From NCBI GenBank assembly GCA_037128175.1, contig JBAXWY010000004.1:32001-96000 (forward strand): a stretch of 64,000 nucleotides of DNA, read 5' to 3'. This document shows, one piece after another, positions 1 through 7,796 of the stretch (within the stretch, counting starts at the first letter, position 1; every line of letters begins with the position of its first letter). Source of the DNA: Methanothrix sp. GTDB taxonomy: Archaea > Halobacteriota > Methanosarcinia > Methanotrichales > Methanotrichaceae. Made by a program: the position numbers and the translations under genes. Below the pieces are notes generated by a model. The model was not told the DNA's origin. It was given only the letters and a program-made list of their open reading frames with translations, and searched no databases.

Positions 1-354
1 GCAAAGGACCTTCTGGATGCCAAACTTCCTCTGCAGATGATTGACGAAATAGGTAGAGACCGCTCCGCTAAAGAAATAGCTCTAAAAATGTCAGAAAAAC
101 TATTTTCAGACACGAATGCGAATGGAGGATCTATTGAGAAGTATCTATTCTGGCCGAGAACTAGAGAACGTCTGAGAGATCGGGTGAAATATCTATTCCT
201 GGTAGGCTTCAAACCCACACAAGTCGACTACGATGCCTTCCCATTGCCGGATTTTTTATATCCATTTTACTGGATCATCAGGCCCGTTCGCCTGCTCTGC
301 AAATATCGGGTCAAAAAAAAGAATGTGACTCATCAGGAGGGAAAAACTTTATGA
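1..354 (+). CDS. Nucleotidyltransferase family protein (NTP_transf_5-like), C-terminal part; gene begins before the window
   Basis: Frame is open from position 1. The C-terminal signature KPTQVDYDAFPLPDFLYPFYWIIRPVRLLCKY resembles RiPP/lasso-cluster-associated nucleotidyltransferases. Stop overlaps the next start (ATGA). Confidence 0.6.
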   Translation, partial: AKDLLDAKLPLQMIDEIGRDRSAKEIALKMSEKLFSDTNANGGSIEKYLFWPRTRERLRDRVKYLFLVGFKPTQVDYDAFPLPDFLYPFYWIIRPVRLLCKYRVKKKNVTHQEGKTL

Positions 355-644
355 GTGATGATGACAATTTAGCAATACCAATCCCTAACCCAGCCTCTTT
401 CTTTAAGGAGGACCACGCAGGTTGGGGGGTGCTGGTCAACATGGATACTGCTGCCTCAGTAGCCTTGAACCCCACAGGCACGATGATCTGGAAGCTGATC
501 GATGGGAAGCGTAGCTCAAGGGACATCGCACTAGCATTTATGAAAGGCTTTCAAGATGCACCGCATTCGGTATATGAGGACGTAATGGCCTTATTGGATT
601 CTTTGGCAGAAGATGGTCTGATAGGCTATGAGGTTAGAATATGA
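351..644 (+). CDS. scmD: PqqD family / RRE peptide-binding protein (ScmD-like)
   Basis: 97 aa with LNPTGTMIWKLIDGKRS and DVMALLDSLAEDGLI PqqD motifs; GGAGG RBS; upstream of rSAM/SPASM genes. Confidence 0.85.
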   Translation: MSDDDNLAIPIPNPASFFKEDHAGWGVLVNMDTAASVALNPTGTMIWKLIDGKRSSRDIALAFMKGFQDAPHSVYEDVMALLDSLAEDGLIGYEVRI

Positions 645-913
645 CTCGCTATCTTGCCAACTCAGTGGTTTCTTGTCGTGACGAAGGTGAGGATGGGGCT
701 CTGCTCTTTAATCCGGACCTGGACGGGGCGGCTCTCATAAATCCTACCGGCCGCTTGATCTGGGATATTCTGGTTTTGCCCCATACGGTGGAGGAGATCT
801 CCAACCTCCTGGCTGAAAAGCTGAATATCACGGATGCATCGGTTGTCGAAAATGATGTGGATTCGTTTTTAAAGACGCTCCAGCCTGATTATATTCTGGT
901 GGATGAAGATTGA
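641..913 (+). CDS. Second PqqD family / RRE protein
   Basis: 90 aa with LLFNPD, INPTGRLIW and DVDSFLKTL PqqD pattern; translationally coupled on both sides. Confidence 0.85.
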   Translation: MTRYLANSVVSCRDEGEDGALLFNPDLDGAALINPTGRLIWDILVLPHTVEEISNLLAEKLNITDASVVENDVDSFLKTLQPDYILVDED

Positions 914-2052
914 AACCTGTTCTTCGCTTCGAAGACGATCTGACGGTCCCTCCGCCCGGCCTGATGAGGGTGCCGAATACCGTTGAGATCTGCATCACGG
1001 GGAGGTGCAACCTCTCCTGTCGCTATTGCTTTTATGCCGATGAGATGTCTGCCCTCAAAGACCTGCCAAAGGAACGCTGGCTATCATTTTTCGAAGAGAT
1101 GGGCTCGCTTGGAGTGCAGAGAGTCACACTCAGTGGAGGCGAAGCCTTCACAAGGCCCGATATCTTCGAGCTGATCGACGGCCTGATCGATAATAAGATG
1201 CGCTACAGCCTGCTTACCAACGGAACGCTGATCACCGAAGAGACGGTAGAAGCCTTTGGTGTGGGCAAGCGCCGTCTGCGCCTGGATTCGATACAGTTTT
1301 CCATTGACGGCTCATGCGCTGAAGTTCATGACGCCAGCCGCCCGCCTAAGAGCTTCGATCGAGCGCTGCGCGCCCTTCGGCTCATGAAAGAGCGCGCGTT
1401 TCCCCTGGCCGTTCGAGTGACTGTCAACCGCTACAATTTGCATGATCTGGAGAATATCGCCCGGCTGCTGCTGGAGGATGTAGGGCTGGCGTCCTTTGGC
1501 ACCAATGAGGCGGATCGCTTCGGATCGGCTAAATGCTATGGCCAGGATGTAGTGCTCACGCCCGCGGAGCGGTTAATAGCCATGCGGACACTGAAAGCTC
1601 TGGCGATGCGCTATCCCGGCCGGATCGCTGCTGCTGCCGGGCCGCTGGCCATGGCCAACATGATTGAAGATATCGAGAAGAGGCAAAGCCGCGGCGAGAC
1701 GGGAATGCCGGGCAGGGGAACGCTCTGCTCCTGCGGCGGAGCCTTCCAGAAGCTGGCAGTACTTCATGACGGGACAATAGTGCCCTGCAACCTTTTGCCG
1801 GACTTCAAAATGGGGGAGATCGGCAAGACGCCTCTCCTGGAAGCATGGCTGCACGGCCAGGCTATCAATGCTCTGCGCAAGAGAAGATCGATTCCATTGT
1901 CGTCTCTTCCTGAGTGTCGGGACTGCAAGTACACGGGCTTTTGCGCAGGGGGCTGTCCGGCTGTGATCTACGCAAAGTTGGGTAGGCTGGATACAATCGA
2001 TCCAGGTGTCTGCTACCGTCAATTCAAGGAGGCAGATCATGTCGCTTTGTGA
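910..2052 (+). CDS. scmE: Radical SAM/SPASM peptide maturase, ScmE-like
   Basis: CNLSCRYC motif, SGGE, and C-terminal SPASM cysteines (CSCGG, PC, CRDCKYTGFCAGGCPA, C). TTG start. Confidence 0.85.
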   Translation: MKPVLRFEDDLTVPPPGLMRVPNTVEICITGRCNLSCRYCFYADEMSALKDLPKERWLSFFEEMGSLGVQRVTLSGGEAFTRPDIFELIDGLIDNKMRYSLLTNGTLITEETVEAFGVGKRRLRLDSIQFSIDGSCAEVHDASRPPKSFDRALRALRLMKERAFPLAVRVTVNRYNLHDLENIARLLLEDVGLASFGTNEADRFGSAKCYGQDVVLTPAERLIAMRTLKALAMRYPGRIAAAAGPLAMANMIEDIEKRQSRGETGMPGRGTLCSCGGAFQKLAVLHDGTIVPCNLLPDFKMGEIGKTPLLEAWLHGQAINALRKRRSIPLSSLPECRDCKYTGFCAGGCPAVIYAKLGRLDTIDPGVCYRQFKEADHVAL

Positions 2053-3193
2053 TCTGCAAGTTGAGGAGCCTTTGACACCCCCGGCGAGCCTCCCTGTGGG
2101 TGTCCCGCCGCTCCGGGCCTTTTACCTGTACATGACCACCGGCTGCAACCTGCGCTGCCGCCACTGCTGGGTGGTTCCCAGATACGTAAAAGGCAGGCCT
2201 GATCCAGGTGAGGTGATCGACGCAAAGCTTTTGCAGCGAGCTGTCGAGGAGGCAAAGCCCCTGGGCCTATGCAGCGCCAAGATCACAGGCGGAGAGCCTT
2301 TGCTCCATCCCCAATTTAAAGAGATTGTGAAGATGCTCTCCGACCAGGGTCTGGGCCTGAACATGGAGACCAATGGGACGCTGATGACACCACAAATCGC
2401 CCGCTGGCTGAAGGAAGAGACCCGTGTGGGTTTCATATCCGTGAGCCTGGATGGCGCAGATGCCGCGGCGCATGACAGCTTCCGGGGCGTGCCCGGTGCC
2501 TTCGATTCAGCGCTCTTGGGATTGGATGCACTGTTCGGGGCGGGTTATCGGAATGTTCAGGTGATCATGAGCGTCTATCGAGGCAACGCCCTGCAAATCG
2601 ATGATGTTGTGGCCCTGGCCAGAGCGCACGGCGCGAATTCGGTCAAGTTTACACCGGTCACCAATACCGGTCGCGGCGCAGCTCTGCATGAAGGGGGAGA
2701 GGCCCTTGATCTGCCGGAGCGTATGGCTCTGGCAAAATACGTCCAGGATGATCTGGCCGGACGGGCGGGCATCAGTCTGGTGATCAACCTGCCGCCGGCT
2801 CTTCGAACATTTGACAGGTTGTGGCAAAGCCGTGGGCGCACGGGTGATTGCGGCGTGGACCGCATACTGGGCATCCTGGGGAGCGGCGAGATCGCCATGT
2901 GCGGCATTGGCCAGACCATTCCTGAGCTGGTGTACGGACGACTGGGCGCAGACAGCATCCGGGATATCTGGCTGGGCCACCCCAAGTTACTGGAGCTGCG
3001 CCGGGAGATGGAGGATGTGGCGGCCTATCCGGGCATCTGCGGGTCTTGCCTTCATGCTAAATCCTGCCGGACGGGGTGCGTGGCCAACAACTACCAGCAA
3101 GCAGGCCGCATGGTCTGCCCTTCGGCTTCCTGCACTGAGGCGGAGAAGCGCGGTCTCTTCCCGAAGGCACGGCAAAGGTCATATTCGAGATAA
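2039..3193 (+). CDS. scmF: Radical SAM/SPASM peptide maturase, ScmF-like (copy 1)
   Basis: GCNLRCRHCW, TGGEP, CG...ILGILGSGEIAMCGIG, GICGSC..KSCRTGCVA. ATG at 2039 follows AGGAGG. Confidence 0.85.
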   Translation: MSLCDLQVEEPLTPPASLPVGVPPLRAFYLYMTTGCNLRCRHCWVVPRYVKGRPDPGEVIDAKLLQRAVEEAKPLGLCSAKITGGEPLLHPQFKEIVKMLSDQGLGLNMETNGTLMTPQIARWLKEETRVGFISVSLDGADAAAHDSFRGVPGAFDSALLGLDALFGAGYRNVQVIMSVYRGNALQIDDVVALARAHGANSVKFTPVTNTGRGAALHEGGEALDLPERMALAKYVQDDLAGRAGISLVINLPPALRTFDRLWQSRGRTGDCGVDRILGILGSGEIAMCGIGQTIPELVYGRLGADSIRDIWLGHPKLLELRREMEDVAAYPGICGSCLHAKSCRTGCVANNYQQAGRMVCPSASCTEAEKRGLFPKARQRSYSR

Positions 3194-3229
3194 TCATTTA
3201 GCATAAAATTAGTAAGAGGTGTGTGAGAT

Positions 3230-3436
3230 ATGGACTGCATAAAGAATGGATCCAGTAGCGAAGGTTCAAGCGAGAAAAAGGATTACGAGCCTCCCAAGGC
3301 CATGCGCCTGGGCGATATGCGTAACGGGGCAGGCGTTTGTTCTAATACAGGCAGCGGCGATGGTGAATCATGTTCTGGCGATGGCAATTCGGCCGCAGGG
3401 GGATGTTTTGGCGACGGCAATAATGTGAGTTTGTGA
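3230..3436 (+). CDS. Putative RiPP precursor 1 (68 aa)
   Basis: Leader KKDYEPPKAMRLGDMRNGAG; core VCSNTGSGDGESCSGDGNSAAGGCFGDGNNVSL; GAGGTG RBS; homologous to four downstream ORFs. Confidence 0.85.
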   Translation: MDCIKNGSSSEGSSEKKDYEPPKAMRLGDMRNGAGVCSNTGSGDGESCSGDGNSAAGGCFGDGNNVSL

Positions 3437-3464
3437 AAAGAATTTTTGCAGTGGCTTTATAACA

Positions 3465-3600
3465 AAGCGCTTGACCCTGGCCGATGACATAAGCCTTAGG
3501 ACCGCGGCAGAAAATGGCCCCCCAGGCTGGCCGTCGATCGGTCGGGCTATGTCAGCTTTGGCTGAAAAAAGGCAGAGGGCGGCTGATTGTGGCCGCAGTA
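3465..3600 (+). pseudogene. Remnant of the 5' end of scmC
   Basis: Encodes KRLTLADDISLRTAA, compared with MRLTLADGTSLRIAA in ScmC. Ends in GATTGTGGCCGCAGT, matching scmC 6383-6397. Confidence 0.75.
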
Positions 3601-3670
3601 GACGTGCCTCAATTCGAAGATATTTCCAGGAATCGAGAAAAGGGGGTAAATTTGGAAGGGATGATGGTCT

Positions 3671-4855
3671 TTGAAGTCTGAACACCAGGTAGAGCATTTG
3701 GCATCAGCCTGTGATGAGCCCAGGCCTTTGGCAGAGGCAGCCCTTGACCTTCCCAAAGGCGTCCCGCCGCTGCGCTCGCTTCAGCTCTATCTCTCAAATG
3801 GCTGCAACCTCAAGTGCCGTCACTGCTGGGTGAACTCAAAATACATAAGCTGTGAGCCGGAATCATGCGACCTGATCGATGTGGATCTCCTGCGCATAGC
3901 CGTGGCCGAGGCCAGGACGCTGGGGCTTTACAGAGCGGTTCTCACCGGTGGAGAGCCCCTGCTTCATCCACGATTTCGCGAGGTGGTGGAGATGCTCTCC
4001 GCAGAGGGCCTCTTCCTCTGTCTGGTCACAAACGGCACGCTTCTTACCGGGGAGATGGCCGGCTGGCTGAAGAACTGCCCCACATTAACCTCGATCTGCC
4101 TCAGCCTTGATGGAGCGGATGCAAAGACGCATGACGAATTTCGCGGCGTCTCCGGTGCCTTTGAGGCGGCTTTGCGGGGACTTGATCATCTGGCGGATGC
4201 CGGTCACAAAAATCTGCAGGTGATATGCTGCATCAACCGCCTAAATCTTCATCAGGCCGATGATCTGGTGGCCCTGGCAGAAGATCATGGTGCAACCTCC
4301 GTCAAGTTCACCCCCCTTGGAAACAAGGGACGAGGGGCGGCATTACATGCTCAGCAGGTGGGCCTCAGCCTGGAGGAGCTCATTGCTTTTGAGAGGCACG
4401 TGCGCACAGAGCTTGCCAAAGAGACCAAGCTGCCTCTCTTTGTCAGCCTCTTTCCTCCTGCCTTTCTTCCCCAAAAGGAGCTGTGGCAGAGCAATGGAGT
4501 TATCGGCACCTGTGGTGTCATCACCAATCTGGGAATCCTGGGAAGTGGCGAGATCTCCCTGTGCGGCATTGGGAGGAGCGTTCCGGATATGGTCTTTGGA
4601 CGGCTGGGCGCGGACAGCATCCGGGATATCTGGCTTTGCCACCCCAGGGTACTGGAGCTTCGCCGGGAGCTCACGGATGTGGCGGCCTATCCGGGCATAT
4701 GCGGGGACTGCATCCATGCCGGAGCATGCCGTACGGGATGCGTGGCCAACAACTACGTGGACCAGAGCCGCCTGGTCTGGCCCTCGGCTTTTTGCGCCGA
4801 GGCCGAGGAGCGCGGTATCTTTCCGGAGGCACGGCGAAAGTCATCTTCAAGATAA
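3671..4855 (+). CDS. scmF: Radical SAM/SPASM peptide maturase, ScmF-like (copy 2)
   Basis: GCNLKCRHCW, TGGEP and SPASM cysteines. Clear paralog of 2039-3193 (shared LGADSIRDIWL and DVAAYPGICG). Confidence 0.85.
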   Translation: MKSEHQVEHLASACDEPRPLAEAALDLPKGVPPLRSLQLYLSNGCNLKCRHCWVNSKYISCEPESCDLIDVDLLRIAVAEARTLGLYRAVLTGGEPLLHPRFREVVEMLSAEGLFLCLVTNGTLLTGEMAGWLKNCPTLTSICLSLDGADAKTHDEFRGVSGAFEAALRGLDHLADAGHKNLQVICCINRLNLHQADDLVALAEDHGATSVKFTPLGNKGRGAALHAQQVGLSLEELIAFERHVRTELAKETKLPLFVSLFPPAFLPQKELWQSNGVIGTCGVITNLGILGSGEISLCGIGRSVPDMVFGRLGADSIRDIWLCHPRVLELRRELTDVAAYPGICGDCIHAGACRTGCVANNYVDQSRLVWPSAFCAEAEERGIFPEARRKSSSR

Positions 4856-4881
4856 TCATTTTGCAAAGAGGTGCGAAAGGG

Positions 4882-5091
4882 ATGAACAACATAAAAAAAG
4901 GAGCTGGTAGTGAAGGTTTGAACGAGAAGAAGGCTTATGAACCTCCAAAGGCAATTCGCCTGGGAGATATGTGTGATGGAGAAGGCAGGATGTGTACTTC
5001 GTCTGGCAGCGGCGATTCAAACTGTGACACAACCGGCAATTCGGCAAGCCTCCTTTGCAGAACCGGCAATAGTGGCCCGAACGACGGGTGA
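4882..5091 (+). CDS. Putative RiPP precursor 2 (69 aa)
   Basis: MNNIKKGAGSEGLNEKKAYEPPKAIRLGDMCDGEG then RMCTSSGSGDSNCDTTGNSASLLCRTGNSGPNDG; GAGGTG RBS. Confidence 0.85.
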   Translation: MNNIKKGAGSEGLNEKKAYEPPKAIRLGDMCDGEGRMCTSSGSGDSNCDTTGNSASLLCRTGNSGPNDG

Positions 5092-5190
5092 TTGTGGCCG
5101 CAGTGAACTGGCCGAGAAGTGTGGTCTCTTCCCGGCGGCGCGGTGAAAGTCATCTTCACAATAATCATTTTGCAAAGAGGTGTGAAAGAT

Positions 5191-5406
5191 ATGAACAACA
5201 TAAAAAAAGGATCAAGCAGCGAAGGTTTGAACGGGAAGTTGGCCTACGAGCCACCCATGGCGTTGCGGCTGGACGATATGCGTGAGGGAGAAGGCACTTC
5301 TTGTTCATCATCAGGCAGTGGCAATGCCACCTGTCAAACAAACGGCAATTTAGCAAGCTCCCGCTGCAGCACATCCGGCAATAGTGGCCCGAGTGGCCCG
5401 TCATGA
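5191..5406 (+). CDS. Putative RiPP precursor 3 (71 aa)
   Basis: MNNIKKGSSSEGLNGKLAYEPPMALRLDDMREGEG then TSCSSSGSGNATCQTNGNLASSRCSTSGNSGPSGPS; GAGGTG RBS. Confidence 0.85.
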   Translation: MNNIKKGSSSEGLNGKLAYEPPMALRLDDMREGEGTSCSSSGSGNATCQTNGNLASSRCSTSGNSGPSGPS

Positions 5407-5618
5407 ACGGATCTACAAAGCGTCTTGCTCTGTCCGACGGCACCAGCCATCGGATTGCTGCAGGAGATGACCTCTCCCGGCCGGCCGTCGATCACCAGGG
5501 CCGGACTTATGTAGCTTCATTCGGCCAAAGGTCGCAGGCGGATGGTTATGGCCGCAGTGAACAGGCCGAGAAGTGCGGTCTCTTCCTGAAGTCACGGCAA
5601 AGGTCATATTCAAGATAA
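5403..5618 (+). pseudogene. Chimeric remnant: scmC 5' end fused to scmF 3' end
   Basis: N-terminal KRLALSDGTSHRIAAGDDLSRPAVD matches the ScmC N-terminus. C-terminal AEKCGLFLKSRQRSYSR matches the ScmF copy 1 C-terminus (AEKRGLFPKARQRSYSR). Confidence 0.75.
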
Positions 5619-5654
5619 TCATTCAGCATAAAATAGAAAAGAGGTGCGAAAGAG

Positions 5655-5864
5655 ATGGACAGCATAAAGAAAGGATCCGGTAGCGAAGGTTTGAACGGGA
5701 AGTTGGCCTACGAGCCTCCCAAGGCTATGCGCCTGGACGATATGCGTGAGGGAGAAGGCGTTTCTTGTTTATCATCCGGCAGTGGCAATGCCTCCTGTCA
5801 AGCAAACGGCAATTCGGCAACCTTCACCTGCGCATCATCAGGCAATGGTGTCCTGGATGGATGA
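5655..5864 (+). CDS. Putative RiPP precursor 4 (69 aa)
   Basis: MDSIKKGSGSEGLNGKLAYEPPKAMRLDDMREGEG then VSCLSSGSGNASCQANGNSATFTCASSGNGVLDG; GAGGTG RBS. Confidence 0.85.
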   Translation: MDSIKKGSGSEGLNGKLAYEPPKAMRLDDMREGEGVSCLSSGSGNASCQANGNSATFTCASSGNGVLDG

Positions 5865-5963
5865 TTGTGGCCGCAGTGCACAGTCCGAGGAGCGCGGTCT
5901 CTTCCCGGCGGCGCGGCGAAAGTCATCTTCAAGATAATCATTGAGCAAAGAGGTGCGAAAGGG

Positions 5964-6173
5964 ATGAACAACATAAAAAAAGGATCTTGTAGCGAAAGTT
6001 TGAACGGGAAGTTGGCCTACGACCCCCCCAAGGCTATGCGCCTGAACGATATGCGTAGCGGGGCAGGCGGGCCGGGTTGCTTCAATACTGGCAGCAGTAA
6101 TAGTTCCAGTTGTTCTACAGGCAGTAGTGCTAGTGGTCTGGGATGCATTTCATCAGGCAATAGCCCCAGATAA
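5964..6173 (+). CDS. Putative RiPP precursor 5 (69 aa)
   Basis: MNNIKKGSCSESLNGKLAYDPPKAMRLNDMRSGAG then GPGCFNTGSSNSSSCSTGSSASGLGCISSGNSPR; GAGGTG RBS. Confidence 0.85.
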   Translation: MNNIKKGSCSESLNGKLAYDPPKAMRLNDMRSGAGGPGCFNTGSSNSSSCSTGSSASGLGCISSGNSPR

Positions 6174-6242
6174 CGGGGCAGGCTCTTGTTATGGAGGCAG
6201 TGGCGATGTTGACTATTGCGAAGTTGGCAATGGCGTGCTGAC

Positions 6243-7784
6243 ATGAATCGAGCTGCAATGCGCTTGACTCTAGCCGATGGCACAAGCCTTCGGATTGCTG
6301 CAGGAGATGACCTCTCCCGGCCAGCCGTCGATCTGTTGGGACGGGCTATGCAGCTATGCCCAGCCGAGGGCGATGAGCGGTTGATTGTGGCCGCGGTGGA
6401 TGAAGCAGGGGAGCCACAGCCATCCGGCAGCCCACAGGTTTGCATTCTCAGACCGTCTAATAGCGACGGCGATGTTACCGGTCAGGCTGTGGAGCTCTCG
6501 CTGGCCATAGCCAGGGATGTCCAATCTCGGGGAGGCGTTCTGCTGCATGGCGCTCTGGCGAAACGCGGTGGCTATGGCGTGATCATGGCCGCGCCGGGAT
6601 GCACCGGCAAGAGTACAGCCTCCAGGCGTCTGCCTTTGCCCTGGGAATCGCTTTCCGATGATGCCACGCTCGTGGTGCAGGACGGCATGGGCCGCTACTT
6701 TGCTCACCCCTGGCCCACCTGGAGCCTCTTCTGGGAAGGATCCGGCGGCACCTGGCCCACGGAGAAGGCTGTGCCCTTAAAGGCGATCTTCTTCCTCGCT
6801 CAGGCCCCTCTGGAGAAAGTCGAGCCGATTAACCAGACTGTGGCCGCTGCCATGCTCATGCTGTCTGTGGAGCAGGTCTCCAGGTCCATGACTTATCGCC
6901 TTTCGCCAGAAGAGGTGCATCAGGTCCACAGCCGGCAGCTTACAAATGTCTCGGCCCTGGCAAAAGCCGTGCCCGCATTCATTCTGCAACTGAGCCTGAC
7001 CGGTCAATTCTGGGTGGAGATGGAGCGCGCCCTGCAAGGCCTGCAGGGCCTCGATAAGCAGGTGGTTTTGCATCCATCTCCCGCGCCTCCTATCTCGGCA
7101 GGTTCATTTTTCGGGGGCTCGCTTCCCATTGTCCTCACCGGCAATAGCATGAATCCCTTCCTGCGCTCGGGCGACCTATTGGAGGTCATGCTTCTGAGCC
7201 GTGAGCTTTCGCGTGGCGACGTGATCTACTTCCAGTCTCCCGACGAAGAAGGAATGGTTGTGCATAGAGTCGTGCGCCTCAATGCTACTGGGGCCCAAAC
7301 CCGCGGAGACAACAACCCTACCGATGATCCAAAACAGGTGCCATTCGATGCGATCGTGGGACGGGTAGTCGCGGCCCACCGTGGCCAAAGACGCTTTTGT
7401 GTCCCAGGAGGACGGCAGGGCCTGGCCAGATCTTGCCTGGGAAAAGCCCGGCGTCAGATTCGATCGAGCTTGGCGAGGCTCTTTGGCAGCGCCTACCGCG
7501 GCCTGGCCCGGACGGGATTGGGAAATCGCCTCCTTCCGGTGCCTTTGAGGCCGCGCATGGTGGCATTCGGCTCAACTCCTCGCCAACATTTGAAGCTCGT
7601 CTGTGGCCAAAGCGAGATAGGGCATTATGACGACCGGGCAGGGCAGTGGAAAATCCGGCTACCCTTCCGGCTGATCGTGGATGAATCGGCTCTGGGGCGG
7701 GCAGCCGCTCAGGTGGACGAGGCAAGGACGCAGGCCAGAGACAAGACCCTGGAGAGACTGCGCATGCGTGCCGGCAATGCATAG
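6243..7784 (+). CDS. scmC: ScmC-like HPr-kinase-related protein fused to an S24/S26 (signal peptidase-like) domain
   Basis: LLHGAL, P-loop AAPGCTGKSTASRR, LSDD and AHPWPTWS in the N-terminal part. TGNSMNPFLRSGD, VVHRVV and TRGDNN in the C-terminal part (Ser-His S26-type). Confidence 0.8.
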   Translation: MNRAAMRLTLADGTSLRIAAGDDLSRPAVDLLGRAMQLCPAEGDERLIVAAVDEAGEPQPSGSPQVCILRPSNSDGDVTGQAVELSLAIARDVQSRGGVLLHGALAKRGGYGVIMAAPGCTGKSTASRRLPLPWESLSDDATLVVQDGMGRYFAHPWPTWSLFWEGSGGTWPTEKAVPLKAIFFLAQAPLEKVEPINQTVAAAMLMLSVEQVSRSMTYRLSPEEVHQVHSRQLTNVSALAKAVPAFILQLSLTGQFWVEMERALQGLQGLDKQVVLHPSPAPPISAGSFFGGSLPIVLTGNSMNPFLRSGDLLEVMLLSRELSRGDVIYFQSPDEEGMVVHRVVRLNATGAQTRGDNNPTDDPKQVPFDAIVGRVVAAHRGQRRFCVPGGRQGLARSCLGKARRQIRSSLARLFGSAYRGLARTGLGNRLLPVPLRPRMVAFGSTPRQHLKLVCGQSEIGHYDDRAGQWKIRLPFRLIVDESALGRAAAQVDEARTQARDKTLERLRMRAGNA

Positions 7785-7796
7785 GCCGAAAAGAAT

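Larger units (their letters stand above)
3139..5963 (+). repeat. Five copies of a ~85-100 bp linker (scmF 3' tail + spacer + RBS), one before each precursor: about 3139-3229, 4801-4881, 5110-5190, 5564-5654, 5884-5963
   Basis: Shared GGTCTCTTCC...AAAG(G)TCAT(A/C)TTC...ATAATCATT...AGAGGTG before each ATG. Confidence 0.85.

Noticed and set aside
3230-6173. Lasso peptide interpretation (YxxP leader, RRE, kinase, nucleotidyltransferase)
   Set aside because: No lasso cyclase (asparagine synthetase-like) or transglutaminase-like B2 protease in the window, no Thr at -2, and the cores are Cys-patterned next to rSAM/SPASM enzymes. Genes upstream of the window are not visible.
4800-6173. CRISPR array
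   Set aside because: Units are about 300 bp, imperfect and protein-coding; no cas genes.
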